Positions 37,601 through 47,576 of a stretch of DNA of 64,000 bases are shown one piece after another. This DNA comes from a virus (Duplodnaviria; Caudoviricetes). Location: the IMG/VR virus record IMGVR_UViG_642791618_000001, positions 14,958 to 78,957 of that record; one strand, written 5' to 3'. Within the stretch, counting starts at the first letter, position 1. Each line of letters starts with the position of its first letter. A model generated the notes under the pieces. That model was not told the DNA's origin. It searched no databases and worked only from the letters and a program-made list of their open reading frames with translations. Position numbers and translations under genes: made by a program.

Positions 37601-38207
37601 GGAGCACACGGCCGAGGCCGATCTTTTTGGTTTTGCGGGTGATCGAGAAATCCACTTCGCGGACACCGAGGAGCTGGAGTGCGAGCATCCAGTCGCGGAG
37701 ATCGTGGAAAAAAAATGCGAGATAGTCGTGATGTTCGAACGCCTGGATCTCCATCCGCGGCACCGTTTCCACGTCATCCTCCGGCTTCTCGTCGTAGAGC
37801 CGGGCGATCTCATCTTCCATGAAACCCGTGAGTTCCACGTCGAACGAAGGGTCGCTCGTACGGATGGCTTCGATCACACGCTTGAGATCGTCTTCATCCA
37901 GCTCCGCCAGTTCCGAGAGGCGGTTGTCGGCGAGCAGGTCCGCGAGTTCCTCCGCCTCGCTCGCGTAGTCCTGATAATCCACCGGCACTTTCTCCGCGCC
38001 CATGAGCAGCGCGGCCTCCAGGCGTCCGTGGCCGCGCACGATCATGCCGCTGCGTTTGCTGACAGTGATCGGTCCGCGCCAGCCCTGCTCCTGAATGATG
38101 GAGGCGAGAAGCTGAATCTGATGCGCGCTGTGGCGATTCGGATTGGCCGGGTTCGGCTTGAGGGTCGCTGGATCGACGAGGGCGTTGTGGGCGCAGTGGA
38201 CTTTCAC
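37401..38207 (-). CDS. ParB N-terminal-domain protein
   Basis: LKPNPANPNRH, GWRGPITV, GHGRLEAA, ADNRLSE. Confidence 0.85.
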   Translation of the reverse strand: MKVHCAHNALVDPATLKPNPANPNRHSAHQIQLLASIIQEQGWRGPITVSKRSGMIVRGHGRLEAALLMGAEKVPVDYQDYASEAEELADLLADNRLSELAELDEDDLKRVIEAIRTSDPSFDVELTGFMEDEIARLYDEKPEDDVETVPRMEIQAFEHHDYLAFFFHDLRDWMLALQLLGVREVDFSITRKTKKIGLGRVLHGKRLLELARKAAAASGNQPSLPEGLAGTDPTEPAPGDHVPQPPTGDHQPSPVPDGDARRPRKRAG

Positions 38208-38274
38208 GATGCCCGCCGCGTGTCAAAGCGGCCCGCCTTGACCGAACTACGCTACCTGCGGACATTGGGCGGCG

Positions 38275-38493
38275 ATGAAGCACAAAAAGTTCAAGGAGAC
38301 GCTCGTCGCGTGGCGCAAGGATAACGCCTACACGCAGCAGGAAGCGGCGGACCGGCTGGGTGTTTCGCGGCGGTCGCTGGAGAATTGGGAACAGGAGCGA
38401 GCGATGCCGCAGGGCTTCGGACTCAGCGCCATGCTGAAGATCATTCAGGAGCCGAATGCGAAATCGGCGCGGCGGCACAAGCGCGGAAAGTGA
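38275..38493 (+). CDS. XRE-family HTH regulator
   Basis: TQQEAADRLGVSRRSLENWEQ. TTGACC-N17-GACATT lies upstream. Confidence 0.88.
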   Translation: MKHKKFKETLVAWRKDNAYTQQEAADRLGVSRRSLENWEQERAMPQGFGLSAMLKIIQEPNAKSARRHKRGK

Positions 38494-38517
38494 GATAATC
38501 GTTTCGGCACGATTATC
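38492..38517. repeat. 26-bp hairpin repeat GAGATAATCGTTTCGGCACGATTATC, copy 1
   Basis: Identical copies at 43594-43619 and 62482-62507. Confidence 0.85.
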
Positions 38518-38541
38518 GTGTGTTGACGCACGGCGGGGCGC

Positions 38542-39135
38542 ATGGACGCCATTCCGCCGGACGTAGCCAAGAAACTCCTCAACCGCGACTTCGCCAATCT
38601 CGTCAAACGAGTGCAGGCGGGCGGGAAGATTAGCCGCGCCGAACGCGCGATGTTGCAGTCGCTGGCGGCGGGCGCCGGCGGTGACGGCCCCGCCTACGTG
38701 CGCAATTTCGTCGAGCTGGCCGAGACGCTGAAGGTCACCCGCCAGACGATCAACGGCTGGAAGAAATTCGAGGATGCGCCGAAGCCCGAATCAAACGGCC
38801 TGCATGACGTGGCGAAATGGAAGGAATTCATGCGTCAGCGCGGGCTCAAAGGCGGCGAGGAAACCCCGGACATCCAGCAGGCGCTCAGGGCGCGGAAACT
38901 TCTCGCCGAGGTCGAGGAGCGGGAATTGCGGCTAGCGGTGAAACGCGGCGAGTTCATTTCCGTTGAGCAGGTGCGTGGCGACTGGACGAATCTCGTCGGC
39001 CAGGCGACTGCGTTGCTGCGCCGCAAGTTCGAGAACGAGCTGCCGCCGATCCTTTCGGGCCTCGACGCCACCGGCATCCAGGAGGAGTGCCGCAAAGCCA
39101 TCGACGAAGTGCTGGCAGTGCTGCACGCGGAATGA
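38542..39135 (+). CDS. Terminase small subunit
   Basis: HTH (LAETLKVTRQTINGW), coiled coil, directly before terL. Confidence 0.75.
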   Translation: MDAIPPDVAKKLLNRDFANLVKRVQAGGKISRAERAMLQSLAAGAGGDGPAYVRNFVELAETLKVTRQTINGWKKFEDAPKPESNGLHDVAKWKEFMRQRGLKGGEETPDIQQALRARKLLAEVEERELRLAVKRGEFISVEQVRGDWTNLVGQATALLRRKFENELPPILSGLDATGIQEECRKAIDEVLAVLHAE

Positions 39136-40969
39136 ACGAGAAGCTTGTCGCCATCTGGCGCGAGGCATGGCGGCCTCCGGATCGCCGACCGCCGTGGGCG
39201 TGGGCCGAGGAACACATCGGTTCGATCCCGTACTCGCCGATTCCGGGCCGCTTTCGCTCGGACAACTCCCCGCAGATCCGCGAGCCGCTCGAGGCCATCG
39301 TCGATCCCAAGGTCCGGCTCGTCTTCATCATCGCGGCGATTCAATCGAGCAAGACGAGCGTGGGCGAGATCGGGCTTTGCCACATCATCGCGAATCTCCC
39401 AGGCCCAGCGCTGTGGCTCGACCAGACGGACGACGACGCCAAAGACCAGGCGGAATCGCGTCTGCACAAGCTTTTCGAGGATTGCGCGCCAGTGCGGGCG
39501 CTCTTTCCCGGTGACCGGCACAAGAAGCGGAACACCACGATCCATTTCCGCAATGGCATGACGCTCTGGGTGCTCGGTGCGCACAACAAGACGAATCTTC
39601 AGCGCCGGTCGATTCGCTGGCTTTATCGGGCGATGAAACATGGCGCTGGCTTTCTCGGTCACATGGCCGAGGGCCGAGGGCGCGCGTCACCGCATTCGGG
39701 CTGGCTGGGCAAGTGCATCTTTCATGTCGCAGGGTGGCGAGGAAAACGACGATACGCATCGGAAATTCGAGACGACCGACATGCGGGAGTGGGACGTTCC
39801 AATGCCCGAAATGTGGCACGCGGCAGCCGTGGTCGTGGGAACAAATCGAGTGGTCCAAATCGGCGCGTGATGACCAGGGAGAATGGGACTACGCGGAAGT
39901 ACGGCGGACGGCGGCGATGCGCTGCGCCTCCTGCAACCACTACTTCGACGATAGCGACCGCACGCGCCGTGAACTCAACGCCAACGGTCGCTTCATCCCA
40001 CAGAACCCACGCGCCGCGAAAGAAAGCGTCGGCTTCCACTGGAACAGCATTTCCGCGATGAGCTGGGGCGCTCTGGCGGAGCTGTATCTGCGCGCCAAGG
40101 CCATTGCCCGGCGCGGCGACATCAGCGCGCTCAAGCAATTTTACCAGAAGAGGCTGGCGTTTCCGTGGCGTGAATACGAAGAGGACTACAAGCTGGAGAT
40201 CACGCGAGGCGGTTACCGCAAAGGCGAACTCTGGGAGGACGAAGCCGGCGTAAACGGCCGTGGCCAGCTCGTGGCGGCACCTTTCGAGCCGGGCGACATC
40301 GCCGCTCCGCTGCGCATCCTGACTGTGGACTGCCAGATGGATCATGTGTTCGCCGTGGTGCGCTCGTGGAGCGCCAATGGTTCATCGCGACTGATCTGGA
40401 ATGAACGGCTCCTCACGTTCGACGATGTGGAGGCGCTGCAAATGCGCTTCGGCATTCATCCGAGCCTCGTCTTTCTCGATGCCGGCTACGCGACCTACGA
40501 CGTGTATAGGGAATGCGGCAAACGCGGCTGGGTTGCGCTCATGGGCGACCGCCGGCCAACGTTCGTCCACCGCACCAAAACAGGGAAGTCCGTGCAGCGG
40601 TTCTACTCGCCGAGACGCAAGGTGGTCCTCGGGCACGCCAGCCATTGCTACGTCCATTACTGGAGCAACCTGAACCTTAAGGACACGCTGGCCCGACTGC
40701 GGCGCAACCAGGACCCGGAGCGGGGCGCGACCTGGGAGGTGCCCGACGACATCGACGACGAGTATCTCGCGCAGATGGAAAGCGAACGCCGGGTGAAAAA
40801 GGGCGGCAAATGGATATGGGAACGGGTCGGCAAGCGGCCGAATCATTACTGGGATGCCGAGTGTCTCCAGGCGGTAGCGGCCACGATGCTCAAGCTGATC
40901 GGCCGCGAATCGGTGAGTGCCGAACCCGTGAAGGAAGGAGCCGCAGTTGACGCGGCGGAGTCGGCATGA
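39132..40969 (+). CDS. Terminase large subunit (lambda GpA family); several indels at ~39625-39790
   Basis: AIQSSKT, RSIRW, CPKC/CASC Zn motifs, TVDCQ, DAGY, NHYWDAE. Confidence 0.88.
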
Positions 40970-41196
40970 AACACGACTCTTTCTTTTATCCGCTCAAACT
41001 TACCCTCGGTTTCCTGGCGATTGTCGCGGTGGGACTTCTCGGAGGCTGCGCCGGCAGCGCCCTCGACCGCGAATTTCGCTCGAAGGTCAAATCCGACACT
41101 GTCGACGTCCAGGGCACCTACGACCCGGCCACCGATTCAGTGGGCGGCGAGATTCGCAACACTCTCGAGTTTCGCGACCCCAAAACCGTCCGCTGA
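40966..41196 (+). CDS. Small lipoprotein (possible spanin component)
   Basis: Hydrophobic signal peptide plus lipobox LGGC. Confidence 0.55.
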   Translation: MKHDSFFYPLKLTLGFLAIVAVGLLGGCAGSALDREFRSKVKSDTVDVQGTYDPATDSVGGEIRNTLEFRDPKTVR

Positions 41197-41205
41197 TCGC
41201 GCGCC

Positions 41206-41895
41206 ATGTTCACCGTCCCGCCTGCCTCCGCCGCCACACTTGGCGGCATTGATTTCAGCGTCGCCACGCCCGTGGCCGGCTTTTGCCAATCGCTTTTCGA
41301 TACGTTTGATCGCCAAGACAGCCAAAGCGATCCGAGCCAATGCAAAGCGATCCTCCGCTTCCCGAGCGGCGTGATTTCCTGGAGTTCCAAGCTCGCCATC
41401 GATGCCGACGGTGTTGCCGCCGACCCCGGCCGCCGCTGTGGCACGCAACTCGACCCGCTCGACGGCCAGAACGACACGTCGTTTCATTTTCCGAACGGTT
41501 GCCCGCTCTCCAGCGAGCGGCATCCCTTCATCGTTCTCCCCCTCGGCGTCTTCCGTGCCGCTACGGGCCTCTCGATCGGCGATCTCGCTGTCGTCATCTA
41601 TCGCGACATTCTCACCGCAGCGATCTGCGGCGATCTCGGGCCGAGCCACAAGATCGGGGAAGGCTCGATCCGCGTGCATGAAGCGTTTCATCCACCCGCG
41701 CCCGACCCGTGTGCGGTGCGAAATCCCGACGGCAGTTGCCGCCGCATTCACGATGCGAGCATCGAGCAGGATGTGCTCTTCTTTGTCTTCCCCGGTTCCG
41801 CCATCGGTTCCGCGCTGACTCCGGACAACGCCGAGATGCTCATCAAAGCGCGCGCGTTCGCGCTGTTCGCCCAACTCCACAGCCCATCGGCATAA
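41206..41895 (+). CDS. GH75 chitosanase-like protein (putative endolysin)
   Basis: LAIDADG, QNDTS, PFIVLP, GDLAVVIY, GDLGP, IGEGS. Confidence 0.75.
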   Translation: MFTVPPASAATLGGIDFSVATPVAGFCQSLFDTFDRQDSQSDPSQCKAILRFPSGVISWSSKLAIDADGVAADPGRRCGTQLDPLDGQNDTSFHFPNGCPLSSERHPFIVLPLGVFRAATGLSIGDLAVVIYRDILTAAICGDLGPSHKIGEGSIRVHEAFHPPAPDPCAVRNPDGSCRRIHDASIEQDVLFFVFPGSAIGSALTPDNAEMLIKARAFALFAQLHSPSA

Positions 41896-41897
41896 GC

Positions 41898-42152
41898 ATG
41901 GCCGCTCCCGATTACTCCATCGGCTTCACCCGTGAAGAGGTGGAGGAGATTCTGGCCGCGCAGAAAGCAGAACTGAAGCGCGCGCTTGCGGCCTGGCAGG
42001 AGTCGGGTTCGACCATCACCAAACGCCGGATCGACGAGATCCACGCGATCATCGAGGCCTGCCAGATCGCGCTCAAGAAACTTGCCCCCGAGGTCTATGG
42101 AAAACGGGCGCGCGTCGACACGAGCGCGGTCTTCGGCTTTCTCCCGAAATGA
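41898..42152 (+). CDS. gpW-like head completion protein
   Basis: 84 aa between terminase and portal, coupled to the portal. Confidence 0.55.
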   Translation: MAAPDYSIGFTREEVEEILAAQKAELKRALAAWQESGSTITKRRIDEIHAIIEACQIALKKLAPEVYGKRARVDTSAVFGFLPK

Positions 42153-43591
42153 ACCCGTTGCTCAAATTGGCGCGTGCGATTCTGCCGCGCGCGTGGTTCA
42201 GCCCGTATGAGGGAGCCAATTACTCGCCGCGCCGCGCGCGCGTGCCGGGGTTCTTTCCACGCGACGCGAAGCTCGACCTTTCGTCGGGGCCGCGCCGGGA
42301 ATTGGTCCGCCGCTCGCGCTACCTGCACAAGAATTCCGGGTTCGTGCGCGAACTGGTCGGCAGCATGGCCATCTACGCTACGGGTGACGGCATCAAGCCG
42401 CAGGCGCTTTCTGCGGATGCCAATTGGAACAAAGCCGCCCATGAATACTTTGCACGCTGGGCAGCGCGGTGTGAAATCACCCAGCGATTCTCGTTCGCGG
42501 AATGCCAGTCGCTCGTCTGCCGCGGCATGGACGTGGACGGTGAATACTTCCTCCTCAAGACGCGGGACGCCCTTGGGGCGGCAAAGCTCCAGCTTATCGA
42601 ATCGCACCGGATCGGGGATGCCGAGCAGGGTAATACAGAAGATGGCATCGAGTTCGATGCCTACGGCGCGCCCGCATTCTACCGGATCTTGCTCGATGGC
42701 GGAGGGTTCAAGGACATCCCCGCGCCGTTGATGCTCCACGTCTTCGAACCGGAGAATGTGACCGGCGTCCGCAATGCGCCGACCTTGCAGCATTCGGTCA
42801 ATCATCTCCTGGATGAAATGGAGCTAATCGCCCTGGAGAAACACGCGGTCAAAGACAACGCCGACGTGGCGCGGGTGCTCAAAACCGAGCGCGGCGATCT
42901 CGATGAGGACGGAGACTTCACGATCCGGCAGCCGGGAAACGTCGACCCGGCGGCAACCGAGCCGAGCGCGTTGCAACGGATCGTCGGCGGCAAACTCGTG
43001 GCGCTCAAACCCGGCGAATCCTTGGACAGCTTTCAATCGAACCGGCCAAGCCCGACCTTCACCGGATTCCTCGAATATCTGCGGCGGGATTCCGCGCTTG
43101 GCCACATCCCGTACGAGTTTGCGGCGGATTCGAGCAAGGTCGGCGGCGCGGGTGTGCGACTCGTCGTCGCTAAAGCCGACCGCCGGTTCAGTTATCGGCA
43201 ACTCATCCTCATCGAACGGTTCCTCAAGCCGGTGTGGCTCTTTGTCATCGGCGACGCCATCGCCACGAAGCGTCTGCCCGAGGTCGTGAATTGGACGAAG
43301 GTCGCATTCACTACGCCGCGGCGCATCACCGTCGATGCGGGCCGCGAAGCGCAGCAAAACCGGGCGGACGTGGAAACCGGCTTAAAAACCATCGAGGAAC
43401 ATTTCGCGGAACAGGGCATGGACTTCGCCGAGGAAATGGAGATTCGCGCGCAGAACGCTCGGGCGCTGCTCGATCTGGCCAAGAAATACGACATTCCGCT
43501 GGAGATGCTTTGGAACCCGGATGGCGGCACCGCCGCAACGCCCGCTGTCGGCGAAAGCGACGACCCGCCGCCTTCGGGCGTTGCGCGATAA
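42149..43591 (+). CDS. Portal protein (lambda family)
   Basis: RSRYLHKN, GDGIKPQ, VDGEYF, QLIESHRI, LKPGE, VDAGRE. Confidence 0.9.
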   Translation: MNPLLKLARAILPRAWFSPYEGANYSPRRARVPGFFPRDAKLDLSSGPRRELVRRSRYLHKNSGFVRELVGSMAIYATGDGIKPQALSADANWNKAAHEYFARWAARCEITQRFSFAECQSLVCRGMDVDGEYFLLKTRDALGAAKLQLIESHRIGDAEQGNTEDGIEFDAYGAPAFYRILLDGGGFKDIPAPLMLHVFEPENVTGVRNAPTLQHSVNHLLDEMELIALEKHAVKDNADVARVLKTERGDLDEDGDFTIRQPGNVDPAATEPSALQRIVGGKLVALKPGESLDSFQSNRPSPTFTGFLEYLRRDSALGHIPYEFAADSSKVGGAGVRLVVAKADRRFSYRQLILIERFLKPVWLFVIGDAIATKRLPEVVNWTKVAFTTPRRITVDAGREAQQNRADVETGLKTIEEHFAEQGMDFAEEMEIRAQNARALLDLAKKYDIPLEMLWNPDGGTAATPAVGESDDPPPSGVAR

Positions 43592-43593
43592 GC

Positions 43594-43621
43594 GAGATAA
43601 TCGTTTCGGCACGATTATCTC
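43594..43621. repeat. 26-bp hairpin repeat, copy 2 (followed by a T-tract)
   Basis: 11-bp stem with TTCGGC loop, then CCTGTTTTT. Confidence 0.85.
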
Positions 43622-43647
43622 CCTGTTTTTGACAGACGGCGTGGGAC

Positions 43648-44457
43648 GTGACCCAGCTCTTGCACTCCCTCTACCATCAGCCCTGGCTCATCACGCCCGA
43701 GGCTCACGCTGCAATGCGCCGGGCGGCCCGGGCCTGCGACCTCTTCAGCGATCCGCCGGCTGAGCCGCCGGACTCCGATCTTCTGCAAATCGAGAACGGC
43801 ATCGGCATCATCCCGATCACCGGCGTGCTGATGAAGCGCCCGGATATTTTCTCGCGCGTACTGCTCGGCGCGGCCGACATGGACGAAATCAGCGAGGCTA
43901 TCAACGAGGCTGGCGACCGCGAAGATGTGCAGGCGGTTCTTTTGGACATCGACTCGCCTGGCGGCACCGTCACCGGCACGCCCGAGCTCGCGGCCGCGGT
44001 GGCGGCGCTCTCAAGAGCCAAATACGTCTATGCGTTCTCGGACGGGCAGATGTGCAGCGCGGCCTACTGGATCGCGTCACAGGCCGATGTAATCTTCTCG
44101 ACGCCCAGCGCGCGGGTCGGCTCCATCGGGGTGCTACTCCCGATGCTGGATGAGACCGAGGCGTTCAAGCAGGAGGGGCTGAAGGTCGATCTCTTTGCCG
44201 CCGGCAAATACAAGAGTGTCGGCGTGCCGGGCGTGGCGCTGACCGACGACCAGCGCACCTGGCTCCAGTCCATGATCGACGAGATCAATGGCGAATTTCA
44301 GGCGGCGGTGCTGGCCCGTGGCCGTGCCATCGATCCCGCCGCGATGGAAGGGCAGGATTTCTCGGGGCAGAAAGCGTTTGAGAATTCCCTCACCGCCGGG
44401 GTCATGCTGGATCGCGCCACGGTGCTGACCAAGATGCAGGCGCGGCATGTGAGTTGA
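43648..44457 (+). CDS. S49 family capsid maturation protease
   Basis: DIDSPGG, CSAAYWIAS, GSIGV, GKYKS. Confidence 0.9.
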   Translation: MTQLLHSLYHQPWLITPEAHAAMRRAARACDLFSDPPAEPPDSDLLQIENGIGIIPITGVLMKRPDIFSRVLLGAADMDEISEAINEAGDREDVQAVLLDIDSPGGTVTGTPELAAAVAALSRAKYVYAFSDGQMCSAAYWIASQADVIFSTPSARVGSIGVLLPMLDETEAFKQEGLKVDLFAAGKYKSVGVPGVALTDDQRTWLQSMIDEINGEFQAAVLARGRAIDPAAMEGQDFSGQKAFENSLTAGVMLDRATVLTKMQARHVS

Positions 44458-44476
44458 CAGCGAACGCCGGGAAACA

Positions 44477-44998
44477 ATGAAAACTCTCGACGAGCAACTC
44501 GAAGACGCCCTCGCACGGGTCAAGCAACTCGAAGCCGACGCCCAGGCGAGCAGCACGCTGCTCACCGAGGCGGCCCGGCAATCGGACGAGTTGCGGACGA
44601 AAGTCACGGCGTTCACCAAGGAATCCGACGCACTCACCCTGGCCAATCAGGAACTCTCCGAACAGCGCGACCAACTTTCCCGCGACCTGGTGGCCGCCAA
44701 ACAGTCACTTACCTCCACGGCAAACACGATCGAGGAACTGGCCAAGGCCAAGGAACAAATCACCACGCTGACCAGCGAGATCGAAACGCTCAAGGCCAAC
44801 GCCAAGACCGCTGAGCGTATCGCCGCCGAGCACTACGGCGCCGCCAGTCCGCAGCCCGTGCCCGTCACGCCCCGGGGCGATGCCGAGGCCGAAGCTCTGC
44901 TCACCCGGTTCAAGGCCATCACCGACCCGAAGGAGCAAACCACCTTCTGGCGCTCCCTCACCGCCCAACAGCGCACCCAGATCCTCAACGCCAAGTAA
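44477..44998 (+). CDS. Scaffolding / coiled-coil protein
   Basis: Long heptad repeats between protease and capsid genes. Confidence 0.6.
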   Translation: MKTLDEQLEDALARVKQLEADAQASSTLLTEAARQSDELRTKVTAFTKESDALTLANQELSEQRDQLSRDLVAAKQSLTSTANTIEELAKAKEQITTLTSEIETLKANAKTAERIAAEHYGAASPQPVPVTPRGDAEAEALLTRFKAITDPKEQTTFWRSLTAQQRTQILNAK

Positions 44999-45010
44999 CC
45001 GACCACTCCC

Positions 45011-45904
45011 ATGCCGAACACACTCACCAATGTAAATGACATCAAGGTCGCGCAAACGGCGCTCCAGCCGTGGATGGCTGCGCTCCTGCCGTTGCGCGCC
45101 TTTTCGACCAACTTTTCGCCCGAACCCGCCGATAAGCTCGACACCGTGCGGGTGCCCGTCGTGGGCGCTCCGTCCCAGTCCAGCGATTTCGTCGACAGCT
45201 ACACGGGCAACCCGGATTCCACGGTCACGGTAATCCCGGTGCAGTTGAACCGGCACAAATTCAAGACGATCCACGTCACGGCGCGGGAGGCAAGCGAGAC
45301 GGCGCTCAATGTCCTTGAAACGCTGGTTTCCAGCGCGGTCAAGCAGCTCGCGACCGATGTTCTCCAGGACATCTTCTCGACGATCACCGCAGCCAATTTC
45401 GGCAATCCCGCCATTCCCGCGGTTGCTGCCGCCAATTTCGACTACAAGAAGGTGCTCGCCATCCGCGGTGCGTGCAGCAACGCGAAGATGCCCGTGACGG
45501 ATCGCGGCCTAGTGCTCGATGGCGCCTACTACACCAATCTGCTCGGCGACGATGTGGTGGCGAAGAGCTTCATCCAGCCGGTCGCACAGCCCGGCGTGGT
45601 CGAGGCGCAGATCCGCCGCCTCGCTGGATTCGACATGTATGAGACGGTCATCCTGCCGGACAACGGAGAAAAGCTTGTGGGCTTCGCCTCGCACCCGAGC
45701 GGCATGGCCGTCGCGATGCGCTACCTTCCGCCGGTCGCCGATTACGATGAATCGGGCGCGGTCACCGATCCCGAGACGGGCCTCACCTTCGGCTACCTGC
45801 GCTTCACGGAGATTCAATCCAACCGGATCTTCGTCACAGTGGAATGCCTCTACGGCTTCATGCCTGCCGTCGCGAACGGCATCCAGCGCATCGTTCAGCC
45901 GTAA
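45011..45904 (+). CDS. Major capsid protein
   Basis: Position, size (297 aa), DTVRVP, RLAGFDMYE, strong codon bias. Confidence 0.8.
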   Translation: MPNTLTNVNDIKVAQTALQPWMAALLPLRAFSTNFSPEPADKLDTVRVPVVGAPSQSSDFVDSYTGNPDSTVTVIPVQLNRHKFKTIHVTAREASETALNVLETLVSSAVKQLATDVLQDIFSTITAANFGNPAIPAVAAANFDYKKVLAIRGACSNAKMPVTDRGLVLDGAYYTNLLGDDVVAKSFIQPVAQPGVVEAQIRRLAGFDMYETVILPDNGEKLVGFASHPSGMAVAMRYLPPVADYDESGAVTDPETGLTFGYLRFTEIQSNRIFVTVECLYGFMPAVANGIQRIVQP

Positions 45905-45930
45905 GCGCGGCACGAAACATTTCGGTGGTT

Positions 45931-45972
45931 GCAAAAGCCCCGCTGCTGGAAACGGCAGCGGGGTTATTTCTT
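45931..45972. terminator. Bidirectional intrinsic terminator
   Basis: CCCCGCTGC-N8-GCAGCGGGG with T-rich tails on both strands, between convergent stop codons. Confidence 0.75.
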
Positions 45973-46774
45973 AAACCGCGCCCGCCTCCCGACGAATCGC
46001 ATGTACGCTTCGGTTCCATAGCATGCGCAACGGTTGAAAAGCACCGATCCGCGACCAGAGCATTCTAACTTCCCCGTTGCGATTTAAGAAAGAGCCGGCG
46101 ACTCCAGGGCGGATGGCGTGACGTGAAATAAAGAATTGAAACGCGAATCCGCGAAACGTCAGCAGACAGCCGTTGTGTCCCTCAGTTCTAGTGCTGAAAG
46201 GCTGCGAAAGTAGCTGGCGCACGTCGATTTCCGGCTCAGGCAAAAAGGGCGCTACCAAACATCCGTATTCATCGGGCTCCCCTGGGTCTTCTTTGTCCAA
46301 CATGCGTCGCATGATTTCCTCGTGAGGCCCAAGATCGACACATCGAAAAAATGCACCTTTCGCAACTCCTACGCGCCATAAAAGTGACAACAAAAAGAGC
46401 TTTAGCCGAGGGTAATCTAGACCACGGAGAGTGACAATTCTGTCCTCTGGCTTCTGAGGAAGAGGAAGCACGACGCTCAACACGCTCTCAGACGCATACT
46501 GTTCGTACCTGCTAAAGCGCCTTTCGCAATTTTCGCACAACAGACGCTCCCAAAAGCCAGTCTGATGCGTCGTGTCCGAGATCCGGCCTGATTGAAGATC
46601 ACGAACGACAACCATGCGAGGATGAACCGTAGGATCAAGCACCGCCTTGTAGGCCAAATCGGGCAAGATGTGTGATCGGCATAGCTTTGCGGATCTCCCG
46701 CAAAGCGCGCAAGATTGGGAAGATGGATTCAAGATTGTGGCACTCTTTATAGTGCAGAAGTAAGACGACCGCAA
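45971..46774 (-). CDS. HNH-like nuclease moron
   Basis: CALC...SHILP...LLCENCE; antisense to the structural operon with different codon usage. Confidence 0.6.
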   Translation of the reverse strand: MRSSYFCTIKSATILNPSSQSCALCGRSAKLCRSHILPDLAYKAVLDPTVHPRMVVVRDLQSGRISDTTHQTGFWERLLCENCERRFSRYEQYASESVLSVVLPLPQKPEDRIVTLRGLDYPRLKLFLLSLLWRVGVAKGAFFRCVDLGPHEEIMRRMLDKEDPGEPDEYGCLVAPFLPEPEIDVRQLLSQPFSTRTEGHNGCLLTFRGFAFQFFISRHAIRPGVAGSFLNRNGEVRMLWSRIGAFQPLRMLWNRSVHAIRREAGAV

Positions 46775-46831
46775 AGCCGCGCTCGGACTTCAATTCTGGA
46801 GCGCCGCCGCCTTTGACATCCGCGCGGGAGC

Positions 46832-47140
46832 ATGTCGCTCCAGGATGAAAAAGCCGCCGCCCTCACCGAGATTCTAGCTGTCACCGGCGAACCCGTCGTG
46901 TGGCAAGGTCAGACCTACCAGGCTCTGGTCACCGACAATCCGCTGAGCCTCGAACTCGCGCTTGGTGGCTTCGTGGCCAAAGGCGATTGCACGATGAAGA
47001 TCCCGCGCGCGGCGTTCACGGACGAGAAACCGAAGATCGGCGATCCGATTCAATTCCAGGAAACGGACTACCGCATCACACGCGTCACTGACCATCCGCA
47101 GTATCCAATGCTGGTGCTCGTGGCCGAACCGAAGGAGTAA
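46832..47140 (+). CDS. Head-tail joining protein (gpFII-like)
   Basis: Position, size, PKIGD..YRI beta motif. Confidence 0.6.
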   Translation: MSLQDEKAAALTEILAVTGEPVVWQGQTYQALVTDNPLSLELALGGFVAKGDCTMKIPRAAFTDEKPKIGDPIQFQETDYRITRVTDHPQYPMLVLVAEPKE

Positions 47141-47142
47141 CG

Positions 47143-47550
47143 ATGATCGACCACGCTCTCGACGATACGCTGCTTGCGTATCTCAAACAAATGCCCCAGC
47201 TCACGGCGCTCAACGGTTACACCGGCCAGGAAAACGCAGAACACAAGCTGCCGGCGCTCACGGTCAGCACCACAACGGCCGAGGCGCTTGCCGGCTCCGA
47301 CCTGGCTTTCAAGGGCGAAGTGGACGTGATCATCGAAAGCGAGGCGCACGACACGACTGCCGATGCCCATGCCGAGCGCGTGGAATCGGTGCGCGCAGCC
47401 CTCGCGGATCGCGCCACGGTCATTGCCGCGCTGAACGCGACGGAAAAACTGCACATCTATGGCTATGCCCCAATCGGCACCGAGCCCACCGTGGGCGACG
47501 CCCGTTTCAACACGAAGATCAAGTATCGGTTCGGCTTCGGGCCAGCATGA
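47143..47550 (+). CDS. Tail terminator/completion protein
   Basis: Position, LPALTV, 135 aa. Confidence 0.55.
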   Translation: MIDHALDDTLLAYLKQMPQLTALNGYTGQENAEHKLPALTVSTTTAEALAGSDLAFKGEVDVIIESEAHDTTADAHAERVESVRAALADRATVIAALNATEKLHIYGYAPIGTEPTVGDARFNTKIKYRFGFGPA

Positions 47551-47576
47551 GCGTTGACACCGAAAGCGAGGCAACC

